DNA from: Candidatus Sumerlaeaceae bacterium
Lineage (GTDB): Bacteria > Sumerlaeota > Sumerlaeia > Sumerlaeales > Sumerlaeaceae
Assembly (NCBI GenBank): GCA_051003195.1
Contig: JBPCLP010000026.1
Coordinates: 1 to 20,017, forward strand
Direction of reading: 5' to 3'
Length of the DNA stretch: 20,017 bases
Positions 1 to 8,180 of this stretch are shown one piece after another. The notes under the pieces were generated by a model, which was not told the DNA's origin, searched no databases, and saw only the letters and a program-made list of their open reading frames with translations. Position 1 is the stretch's first letter; each line of letters begins with the position of its first letter. The translations under genes were made by a program, and so were the position numbers.

Positions 1-72
1 ACGGGCCAGCTCGACTGCACTGCGCTTAAACTCCTCGTCGTAGCGCTTGTATTTCTCGTAAACGTTGTCCAT
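1..72 (-). CDS. IS3-family transposase OrfA, N-terminus (truncated by window edge)
   Basis: Hand translation MDNVYEKYKRYDEEFKRSAVELAR; RY-EEFK--AV-L is the typical start of the IS3 OrfA HTH. AAGGA RBS upstream. Not in the ORF track. Confidence 0.85.
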   Translation of the reverse strand, partial: MDNVYEKYKRYDEEFKRSAVELAR

Positions 73-127
73 GTGAAGTTCCTTAGAACCCCGCAATTCG
101 ACTGTCTACGTTTTCGACGGAAGATCA
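1..127 (-). mobile_element. Left end of an IS3-family insertion sequence (continues beyond window start)
   Basis: Minus strand from 127 reads TGATCTTCCGTCGAAAACGTAGACAG, starting with TG and resembling the IS3 left IR (TGATCTTACCCAGCAATAGTGGACAC). An OrfA-like start follows 55 bp downstream. Confidence 0.85.
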
Positions 128-209
128 ACTTACTACCTTGCCCTTTTACTCTTGCTGCAGTATCGATATACGCACGTCTGGTGGATCTTTGCGGTGATCG
201 TCGAAAAGC

Positions 210-237
210 AGTATATGGATGTGTGCACGATTTGCAA
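210..237 (-). promoter_or_regulatory. Candidate sigma70 promoter downstream of thrS, pointing toward the IS
   Basis: TTGCAA-16 nt-TATACT on the minus strand. Confidence 0.45.
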
Positions 238-299
238 TCGCGGGGTGCAGGTCAACACGCGGGAAACTGACACCCGGGCTATCCCCTGTCATTCGATAA

Positions 300-2234
300 C
301 TAACCCCGGTTACGAACCTCGTCCAGCAACGTGCCGATAAACGCCTGGCATTCCACCGCTCCCTGGTCGCCTTTGCCATGTTTGCGAACTCCAACAGTTC
401 CCGATGCCGCTTCCTTCTCCCCAACGATCAACATGTAAGGTATCTTGGCGATTTCCGCGTTGCGGATTTTCGCACCAATCTTCTCCTCGCCTTCGTCCAG
501 CGAAGCCCGGAATCCAGATGCCTTTAGATCTGCCAGTACGCGCGTGCCATACTCCAAAGACTTTTCGGAAATAGGAAGCACAGCGACTTGTGTAGGTGCG
601 AGCCACGCAGGAAGATTACCCGCCGTATGTTCCACCAGGACGCCTATGAAGCGCTCCAGTGACCCAACCAGCGCGCGATGAACCATGACCGGCCGATGCT
701 TCTGACCATCAGGACCAACGTAGTTCAGATCAAAACGTTCGGGCATTGAGAAGTCGACCTGGATCGTCCCGCACTGCCATGTGCGATTCAGGCAATCCTT
801 CACATGAAAGTCAATTTTGGGGCCATAGAAGGCACCGTCGCCTGGATTGAGCTTAAACTCCACGCCAAGTTTCTCGAGCGAGTTCTGCAATGAGCGGGTC
901 GCATTGTCCCACATCTCGTCGGACCCCAGGCTTTTCTCCGGGCGTGTACTCAATTCCATGTGGTAATCATTAAATCCGAACACGCGATAAACCACCTGGA
1001 CCAGTTCGATCGCCTCCGTCACCGCTGCCTCAAGCTGATCTGGAGTCGCAAAAATATGGGCATCGTCCTGCGTAAAGCTACGCACGCGGAATAATCCATG
1101 CAATGCGCCACTCAGCTCGTGACGATGACAGCGTCCAAATTCCGCCATTTTCAGCGGCAGATCACGATAGCTGCGCAAAGTATTTCGATAAACCAGCGCG
1201 CAGCCGGGGCAGTTCATCGGCTTTACCGCAAACTCCTGCTCGTCAATTTGCGTAAAGTACATGTTCTCTTTATAATGTTCATAGTGTCCGCTGCGATGCC
1301 ACAGATCCTCGTTCAGGATCATTGGCGTCATAATTTCCACATAGTCGCGCCTGGCCAGCTCCTCTCGCAGGAACTTCACGATCTCGTTGTAGACCACCAT
1401 TCCGTTCGGGTGGAAAAACGGAAACCCGGGCCCTTCATCCTGGAATGAAAAAAGGTCCAGTTCGCGGCCGATTTTGCGGTGGTCGCGCTTCTTTGCTTCT
1501 TCCAGAATGCGGAGATATTCCGCGAGCTGCTTTTTGTCTGGAAAGCTTGTGCCATATACACGCTGCAGCACCTTGTTCTTTGCGTCCCCGCGCCAGTAAC
1601 AGCCGGAGATTGTCAGGAGCTTAAATGACTTGATGTGACCAGTGTTCGGAATGTGCGGGCCGCGACAAAGGTCGATAAACTCACCTTGTTCGTAACAGGA
1701 AATGGTTTCCTCGCCGGGCAGGCGGTCAATGATATCGAGCTTGTAGTCCTCGCCCCGGGATTTAAACAGCTCTATCGCTTGCTCGCGGGATAGCTCACGG
1801 CGACGAATCTCAAGGCCCTCGTCGACGATCTTTGCCATCTCGCCTTCTATTTTCTCGAGAATTTCCGGCGTCAGCGGCTCAGGTGCGTCAAAATCGTAGT
1901 AGTAACTGTCCACCAGCGGCGGGCCAACCGTCAGCTTAGCCTCAGGCATAAGCCGCTTCAATGCCTGGGCCATTAAGTGGGTGGAGGAATGGCGAAACAT
2001 TTCCCGTCCCTCCTCGTCCTTCCACGTGACGAGCTGTATGTCCGAGGGCTCTGTTATTGGAGTCGAAAGGTCGACCAGGCGCCCGTTGATCTTCCCGCCC
2101 AGCGCTGCCTTTGCCAGGCCCGGTCCAATCTGCTGGGCCAGCTCCATGAGTGTCGTACCTGCGGGAAGCTCACGTTGAGTTCCATCTGGTAGACGAACAA
2201 TTACACTGCCCTGCATTTCGGTGGCGGCGGCCAT
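300..2234 (-). CDS. thrS: Threonine--tRNA ligase
   Basis: TGS domain, editing motifs RHSSTH and DLCRGPH, DHRKIG, KPMNCP, FGRCHRHE, GAFYGPKID, anticodon-binding domain. Start moved to ATG 2234 (MAAATEM) because AAGGAG lies 6 nt upstream. Confidence 0.98.
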   Translation of the reverse strand: MAAATEMQGSVIVRLPDGTQRELPAGTTLMELAQQIGPGLAKAALGGKINGRLVDLSTPITEPSDIQLVTWKDEEGREMFRHSSTHLMAQALKRLMPEAKLTVGPPLVDSYYYDFDAPEPLTPEILEKIEGEMAKIVDEGLEIRRRELSREQAIELFKSRGEDYKLDIIDRLPGEETISCYEQGEFIDLCRGPHIPNTGHIKSFKLLTISGCYWRGDAKNKVLQRVYGTSFPDKKQLAEYLRILEEAKKRDHRKIGRELDLFSFQDEGPGFPFFHPNGMVVYNEIVKFLREELARRDYVEIMTPMILNEDLWHRSGHYEHYKENMYFTQIDEQEFAVKPMNCPGCALVYRNTLRSYRDLPLKMAEFGRCHRHELSGALHGLFRVRSFTQDDAHIFATPDQLEAAVTEAIELVQVVYRVFGFNDYHMELSTRPEKSLGSDEMWDNATRSLQNSLEKLGVEFKLNPGDGAFYGPKIDFHVKDCLNRTWQCGTIQVDFSMPERFDLNYVGPDGQKHRPVMVHRALVGSLERFIGVLVEHTAGNLPAWLAPTQVAVLPISEKSLEYGTRVLADLKASGFRASLDEGEEKIGAKIRNAEIAKIPYMLIVGEKEAASGTVGVRKHGKGDQGAVECQAFIGTLLDEVRNRG

Positions 2235-2351
2235 TTCCTGCTCCTTCAACCAATAATAGGGAGAAGCACCGGTCCGCAGGCACACAATCTTTCATTCAGC
2301 AGCGGTTACGAACCCGCTTCTCCGCATAACAATGATGCGCATTAGTGCCTG
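2235..2351 (-). promoter_or_regulatory. Structured thrS 5' leader, candidate translational operator/switch
   Basis: Several complementary helices, including a hairpin with loop UUCGUAA and an anti-SD (see findings). Confidence 0.45.
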
Positions 2352-2355
2352 AACG

Positions 2356-3645
2356 TCACGAAAATTCAGCAGCGCCGGGTTGTGCCGCTGCAGCAGCGGG
2401 CAAGGTGACTGTGAAACACGTTCTTCCAGCTACACTCTCCACCTGGATGCTGCCGCCTGCTTCGCGCAGGATTTCGTCTGCGATATAAAGCCCTAGACCG
2501 GTCCCCTGCCCCGCCTCTTTGGTTGTATAAAATGGCTGAAAAATTTTAGAAAGTTTATCGGCTGGAATACCAGGTCCATTGTCTTCAACCTGGACAATTA
2601 CCTTCGATGCATCTCGACTGGTACGAAGCGTCAATGTGCCGCGCCCACCCAGCGCCTGGTACCCGTTCAGAACAAGGTTGGAAATGACCTGGACCAGTCG
2701 CACAGGCTCTGCGAAAACAGGTGGAACGGTTGGAGCATATTCAGTCCGCACGGTCACATCCGCTTTTTCATATTTTACGAGGGCAAGGCTGCGTTCGACA
2801 ATCTCATTCACATCAACGTATTCGCACTCCTCGCTTGCTCGAACAAATCGTTCGAGGCTGGTATCTCGCAGAATCTGAAAAAATAGATCGACCTGCAGCC
2901 GAATACGGGAAGCCAGAGAAGCGTCACCGGGAACAGTAAACTCGTCCGCTTCATTTTTAATGTTCAGCATCGGCTTTTTAAGATCGTGAAATATATTGGC
3001 TGAGATTTGTCCGGCAAGCGCCAGCCGCTCCAGCCGCACCAGCTCTTGCGTTTTTTGCTCCAGTTCAATGGTTGTCCGCGTAATTGTAATTTCCTGCCGG
3101 CGGAACTGCATTAAAAACAGGGTAATCGACGCAACGAGCAGAGCGATGAGCGACCCGATTGCCGAGCGAACAACTTTCAGCGAGCTCGTTTGCAGACGCA
3201 CATACAGCGTCCCGATCTGCTTACCGTCCGCCAGCAGCGGCAGCACCCTTACGTCGGCATCCAGCTTCCAGGGCAACGGATTACGAAGTTTCTTTGCAGC
3301 GGTTTTCGTCGGGTCCGGCTCGTCATCCGCAATTGCGGGCAGGAAGTAGGGATACACTACCCGTTCCTCATTGCCGATACGGCGTGCGACGGTCATCTCA
3401 CCCAACTCGCCCTGCCGTTCATATTTATGAACCTCCGATTCCAGTTCACCAAAACTGAACACCGGCTGGTCCGGCCGCAGCAGAGCCGGATCTGAAAAGA
3501 CGCGCTGCAAATCTGCGATTCGACGTTCGCGTGCCTGTTCAAAATCCTTCAGCAATCGAACCAGCAGAGCTAGCGAGCACACGGTCAGCAGAGCCACCAG
3601 GGCCAGGAACAGTTTATTAGATCTGTTGGAGCCGCGCGCTCTCAT
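2356..3645 (-). CDS. Membrane sensor histidine kinase (2 TM, HisKA + HATPase_c)
   Basis: Two hydrophobic segments around a ~125-aa extracytoplasmic loop. H-box IFHDLKKP, N-box NLVLNG, DNGPGI, FQPFYTTK, GTGLGL. Start overlaps the rsmE stop (ATGA). Confidence 0.95.
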   Translation of the reverse strand: MRARGSNRSNKLFLALVALLTVCSLALLVRLLKDFEQARERRIADLQRVFSDPALLRPDQPVFSFGELESEVHKYERQGELGEMTVARRIGNEERVVYPYFLPAIADDEPDPTKTAAKKLRNPLPWKLDADVRVLPLLADGKQIGTLYVRLQTSSLKVVRSAIGSLIALLVASITLFLMQFRRQEITITRTTIELEQKTQELVRLERLALAGQISANIFHDLKKPMLNIKNEADEFTVPGDASLASRIRLQVDLFFQILRDTSLERFVRASEECEYVDVNEIVERSLALVKYEKADVTVRTEYAPTVPPVFAEPVRLVQVISNLVLNGYQALGGRGTLTLRTSRDASKVIVQVEDNGPGIPADKLSKIFQPFYTTKEAGQGTGLGLYIADEILREAGGSIQVESVAGRTCFTVTLPAAAAAQPGAAEFS

Positions 3646-4379
3646 ACGTTTCCTGATAAAGCCAGGGCTGCGGCGGCTGCCGCGATGGGCGCGGTTTCGG
3701 CACGTAAGATTCTTGGCCCGAACCCTACGCGCATACAGATGGCCGAAACCGCTTCAATTTCTTCAGGGTCGAAACCACCCTCCGGACCCGAAGCGATCAC
3801 CAGCTCTCGCCGGTCGGCCCCAGCCAACGCAACTTTTATCACGTCAGAAAAATGAACCGTGCGTTCACGCTCGTACAGCAGAAGGCGCTGCTGCGTCGTC
3901 ACCATAAAACTGCCCAGGGCACTTTTCAGATCGCGATACTCGCTTAGCTCGGGCACCTCCGCGCGTTCACATTGTTTGCACGCCTCAATCGCTACCTTTT
4001 GCAGCCGCTCCAGCTTAGATTCCGAAGGCTTTACAACTTCCCGTCGCGATGAGAAAATGGCGATCGACGCAACACCGAGTTCCGTCAGCTTCTGAATAAC
4101 AAATTCTGTTTTCCCGCCCTTGATCCAGGGTATAAGCATGTGTAGCGACACATCTGGCCCGGCTATACCGGCAGACACCTGCTCAATCTGGATGACAGCG
4201 CATTTGTTCTCAGTGTTTCGAAAAACACCCAGCGCATCCTGACCGCTGGAAAACAGGCGAACCTGCGCGCCCGGCTGTTTCCTCATCACCTTGACTAAAT
4301 GCTGAGTTTCTTCCGCGGAGAGTGTAATAGATTGGCCCTCTGCCAGTGCCTGGCGACCCGCATAATAGCGCTCGCTCAC
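3642..4379 (-). CDS. rsmE: 16S rRNA m3U1498 methyltransferase RsmE
   Basis: HLVKVMR, QKLTELGV, EACKQCER, GPEGGF, GPRILRAETA (SPOUT RsmE motifs); GTG start. Confidence 0.96.
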   Translation of the reverse strand: MSERYYAGRQALAEGQSITLSAEETQHLVKVMRKQPGAQVRLFSSGQDALGVFRNTENKCAVIQIEQVSAGIAGPDVSLHMLIPWIKGGKTEFVIQKLTELGVASIAIFSSRREVVKPSESKLERLQKVAIEACKQCERAEVPELSEYRDLKSALGSFMVTTQQRLLLYERERTVHFSDVIKVALAGADRRELVIASGPEGGFDPEEIEAVSAICMRVGFGPRILRAETAPIAAAAAALALSGNV

Positions 4380-4425
4380 AAAGAATATCCAGCCACGTCA
4401 TCGCAGCGCCGGCAAATTCCGGTCG

Positions 4426-5430
4426 TCAGGGCGCCGCTTCAAAGACTTGTACCCTGAAGCCATTTACCACGTCTTTATCCGAATGTGCCACCGAGTTGAT
4501 GATGTTCACATTTCTGAAGAAATCGAGATTATCCTTCATCGCGAGGTTCGCATTGGCGACTTTCTCCCACTCCTCAATCGCCTGTTTCGCGGTCGCGGTA
4601 TTCGCGAAAAGAAACGTGTGAATCTGTACGGGATCTTTGTTTCTCACACTTGCCGTTTCTTTTCGATACTCAGTGGCCTGCGCCAGCAGCGGCTGCATGG
4701 CTGCCACCGGTACTTTGGCTATGAATTCGTCTTTCGGCTCGCCTTTGAGTTCAGGCACCCCCACCCCCACTGGCCACGTTGATTGCGGCTTGCGGAACAT
4801 GGCGTCAATAGCCGGCCAAGGGCTGTCTGGATCATAGAATTTGCGTACCAGCGCCTTGCCCCAGCCATAAGGCGCGTTCAGAGCTTTTACTTTGCCAAGT
4901 TCGTCCCAGTCAAAAATGCCGAACCACTGGATGCCGATGGTTCCGAACAGGACGACAATGATAATAACTGCCAGCTTGAAACCGCCGCTCGTGAAAAAGC
5001 CTGTGACTTTCTGCCGGGCAACACCCGCAACTTTACCCGCGCGGTACTGGGCCTCGTTTACCTGCGCCAGCTCGTTGCGTTTGTCTTCAAGTACCCCAAT
5101 CGTTTCATTGAGCAGAAGGTAGCTTTCATGCCACTCAATTTCCATCTTCTTTACGTCCGCAGTGCTCTGTTTACTTAAGTGCTTCAGAGTGATTGCACGC
5201 GAGATGATGTTTAAAACTTCCTGGCCGATATTCTGGTTTGCCGTCAGCGCCTCCATGAAACTGTCATGAAGCATCGCGATCCGGCTCTTAATTTCCAGGA
5301 ACTGACCTTCTTTTTCGGGCGTAATGTTATCGTTTTTCACACCCAGCACGAAGTAGTCATAAAAAGTACGCCACAGTGCCAGCAGCTCCTTTGTATCAGA
5401 GTACTGCCGTTCAACTGTCGTATCAATCAT
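4426..5430 (-). CDS. Hypothetical single-pass membrane protein
   Basis: 334-aa ORF co-oriented with its neighbours, GAGG upstream. Helical N-terminal ~145 aa, one TM (LAVIIIVVLFGTIGIQWFGIF), ~160-aa C-terminal domain. Confidence 0.85.
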   Translation of the reverse strand: MIDTTVERQYSDTKELLALWRTFYDYFVLGVKNDNITPEKEGQFLEIKSRIAMLHDSFMEALTANQNIGQEVLNIISRAITLKHLSKQSTADVKKMEIEWHESYLLLNETIGVLEDKRNELAQVNEAQYRAGKVAGVARQKVTGFFTSGGFKLAVIIIVVLFGTIGIQWFGIFDWDELGKVKALNAPYGWGKALVRKFYDPDSPWPAIDAMFRKPQSTWPVGVGVPELKGEPKDEFIAKVPVAAMQPLLAQATEYRKETASVRNKDPVQIHTFLFANTATAKQAIEEWEKVANANLAMKDNLDFFRNVNIINSVAHSDKDVVNGFRVQVFEAAP

Positions 5431-5539
5431 CCGCTGCCTCGCTACTGTCTATTAGGTTGTATTGCATACAGACCCGCACAGCCGCATAATCAAGCCCCGC
5501 GTGCGGAAACGGCATCAGGGATTCAGGAACACCACTCCA

Positions 5540-6787
5540 CTACTCGGAACCCTTGTTACCGCCAGACACCGCGTCGATCATCTTGATGAGCGGCATGAAC
5601 ATCGCAATAACGATGGTACCGATCGTTGCGCCGAGAAAGACAATCAGCATCGGCTCAATCAGGGATGTGAGGCCTGAAACCGCCGCGTCTACCTGGTCTT
5701 CGTAATACTCCGCAACCTTGTGCAACATGCTTTCCAGCGCACCTGTTCTCTCCCCAACTTCGATCATACGCGTCACCATCGGAGGGAATACACCGGCCTC
5801 AACTAGTGGCTTCGTAATGCTTTCCCCGCCTTGGATGCTGAGCTTGGTCTTCAGAACGGCCTCTTCAATCACAACATTGCCGGCCGTTTTAGCCACGATC
5901 TCGAGAGCGCCAAGAATGTTAACACCGGCACGCATTAGCGTCCCGAGCGAACGACTGAATTTGGCGATCGCGACTTTCAGCAGCAATGGTCCGAACACCG
6001 GTATCTTGAGCTTGATCGTATCTAGCTGCACACGACCACTCTTCGTGCGGCTCCACTGGTGGAATAGGAAATACGATCCAAAAATGCCGATTAAGGCGAC
6101 ATACCACTGGTCGCGGATAAATCTGCTGATGGCAATTACGACACGCGTTGGAAGCGGAAGTTTTTGGCCCAGGTCGACGAAGATTTCCTCAAAAACCGGC
6201 ACCACTTTCCACATGATCAAAATCATGATAAGTGCAGCAAACACGCTGACAGCCGCCGGATACATAAGGGCCGACTTGACTTTTCGTCTGATCGATGCCG
6301 ATTTTTCCAGGTAGGTCGCCACTTGGTCCAGGATGGTGTCTAGCATACCGCTGGCTTCGCCTGCCTTTACCATGCTCAGAAAGAACTGGCTGAAGACCTT
6401 AGGGTGGCGGGCCAGCGCCTCGTAAAACGAGCTGCCGCCCTGCACGTCCTTCTCCACCTGCCTCAACACGTTTCTCAAAATCAGCTTATCCACCTGCTCA
6501 CCAAGAATGTTGAGCACTTCGATAAGCGGGAGACCAGCGCGAATCATTGTGGCTAACTGGCGTGAGATCAGCACCAGATCCTCGATTTTGGTGCCGCCGC
6601 GGCGCAGTTTCTGTTTACGCGCCTTTGACTGCCCTTCGGCAATCGCACCCGCACCAGCATCTATCTGGGTGGGCGTCAGTCCCTGGTCCTTCAGGATTTT
6701 GACAACCATGGCCTGGGTGGCGGCTTCCGTTCGTCCGGTAACCAGCTTCCCCTGTGGATTTCTTGCTACATACGTAAAATACGGCAT
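5540..6787 (-). CDS. pilC: Type IV pilus platform protein PilC / T2SS F family
   Basis: MPYFTYVA start, SRQLATMIRAGLPL, GEASGML, VKSALMYP, LPLPTR, GERTGAL, LIEPMLIV. Start set at ATG 6787 from the family's N-terminal pattern. Confidence 0.95.
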   Translation of the reverse strand: MPYFTYVARNPQGKLVTGRTEAATQAMVVKILKDQGLTPTQIDAGAGAIAEGQSKARKQKLRRGGTKIEDLVLISRQLATMIRAGLPLIEVLNILGEQVDKLILRNVLRQVEKDVQGGSSFYEALARHPKVFSQFFLSMVKAGEASGMLDTILDQVATYLEKSASIRRKVKSALMYPAAVSVFAALIMILIMWKVVPVFEEIFVDLGQKLPLPTRVVIAISRFIRDQWYVALIGIFGSYFLFHQWSRTKSGRVQLDTIKLKIPVFGPLLLKVAIAKFSRSLGTLMRAGVNILGALEIVAKTAGNVVIEEAVLKTKLSIQGGESITKPLVEAGVFPPMVTRMIEVGERTGALESMLHKVAEYYEDQVDAAVSGLTSLIEPMLIVFLGATIGTIVIAMFMPLIKMIDAVSGGNKGSE

Positions 6788-6947
6788 TGCCCACTGCCCC
6801 ATAGCTTTTATTCGAACGTCAATCTGCTCGCCCAGCAGCATGCGCATCTACAGCTGTGCGCCGCAATTCTGCGCCGACCCAGCAACATCTCAAGCAGGCT
6901 ATCGGTATTTGCATCTCAATGCCAAGTGAATTCTTGCCACACGACAA

Positions 6948-6977
6948 ATTATATAAAGTCGCTACTTTCCGTTGCAC
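6948..6977 (-). promoter_or_regulatory. Candidate promoter for pilC
   Basis: Perfect TATAAT (plus-strand 6948-6953) with a weak -35 (GTGCAA, 18-nt spacer) in the divergent intergenic region. Confidence 0.35.
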
Positions 6978-7049
6978 TCCGGCGGGAATGGTCCATCGAT
7001 GGCGCGCTTGACCTGAAGTTTTGATTAATCGAGAAAGCACCTCCTTTTT

Positions 7050-8138
7050 ATGAACATAGACGCGCTTCTCCTGGGCGCCAAACGCGTCAAGGCCTCTGAC
7101 GTGCACATGATTGAAGGCCAAACGCCCTTCTTCCGCATTGCCGGCGACATGAAGAAAGTCGACGTTCCGGCCCTCAGTAAGTCCGACTTCGACGAGATGC
7201 TCAAAAAAATGATGCCGACTCACATGCATCGTGAATACGAGAGCCAGCGCGGAGCGGACTTTGGCTACCAGATCGGAGACGAGATTCGGTTCCGTGTAGT
7301 CTGCTACTACGAAATGGGCCATCGCGGAATTGTAATGCGACTGGTTCCGCTCACCGTTCCCAGCATTGAGGAACTGGAACTGCCGGAAGTTACGCGGACC
7401 ATTGCTGGGAGCCCCCGCGGAATGATTCTACTGACGGGAATGACGGGCTCGGGTAAATCGACAACGCTCGCAGCCATGATCGACTATATTAACCAGACAG
7501 AAGCAGTGCGGATCATCACCATCGAGGACCCGGTCGAGTACGTATATTCCAACAAAAAAGCAATCATCAGCCAGCGCGAAGTCGGCAAAGACGTGCCCGA
7601 TTTTAACGTCGCGCTTCGTCAGGCCATGCGAATGGATCCGGACATCGTACTTGTAGGCGAGATGCGTGACGTGGAGACCATCAAGGTCGCAATCAAAGCT
7701 GCCGAAACGGGCCACCTTGTGCTGTCCACGTTGCACACCACCAGCGCCGTGCACACAATTCAGCGAGTAATCGGATATTTTCCCGAAAGCGAACATGACC
7801 TGCTTCGCGAGCAGCTTGCCATGAACCTGAAGGCATCGGTAACGCAGCGCCTTGTAAAACGAGCCGATGGCAAAGGCAGGCTTGCCGCTCAGGAAATCAT
7901 GGTCGTCAACTCTACCATTGCTAAGCTCATGAAAGAAAACCGGATCGTCGATATTTTCGGTGTGATCAAAGGTCGCGATGACGGCATGCAGACCTTCGAC
8001 CAGGGGCTTGCGGACCTTGTGCGCGCGAACCGGATCACCTTCGATGAAGGCACAAAACACTGCGAAGATTTTTACGCCTACAAGCGCTTCATCGCAGGCA
8101 TCGCCTCAACGGGCGACAAAGGCGCGATCCTGGCTTAA
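7050..8138 (+). CDS. pilT: PilT/PilU-family type IV pilus retraction ATPase
   Basis: ASDVH, Walker A GMTGSGKST, TIEDPVE, QREVG, MDPDIVLVGEMRD, AAETGHLVLSTLHT, GMQTFDQ. Confidence 0.93.
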   Translation: MNIDALLLGAKRVKASDVHMIEGQTPFFRIAGDMKKVDVPALSKSDFDEMLKKMMPTHMHREYESQRGADFGYQIGDEIRFRVVCYYEMGHRGIVMRLVPLTVPSIEELELPEVTRTIAGSPRGMILLTGMTGSGKSTTLAAMIDYINQTEAVRIITIEDPVEYVYSNKKAIISQREVGKDVPDFNVALRQAMRMDPDIVLVGEMRDVETIKVAIKAAETGHLVLSTLHTTSAVHTIQRVIGYFPESEHDLLREQLAMNLKASVTQRLVKRADGKGRLAAQEIMVVNSTIAKLMKENRIVDIFGVIKGRDDGMQTFDQGLADLVRANRITFDEGTKHCEDFYAYKRFIAGIASTGDKGAILA

Positions 8139-8180
8139 TAACGACGCTTCGGCTGCAACTGCTCTATCAGGACACTTGGG

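Noticed and set aside
268..291. thrS terminator (TGACA...TGTCA)
   Set aside because: Interrupted stem and only a very short U run.
73..340. Short ORFs between the IS and thrS, or an infC fragment
   Set aside because: No IF3-like sequence recognised; the ORFs overlap the IS end or thrS.
2277..2351. Functional tRNA gene or T-box upstream of thrS
   Set aside because: No canonical D-arm or arm order and no CCA end; no T-box GGUGGNACC consensus.
6909..6926. Sigma54 promoter for pilC (minus-strand TGGCATTGAGATGC)
   Set aside because: GG-to-GC spacing is 9 nt rather than the required 10.
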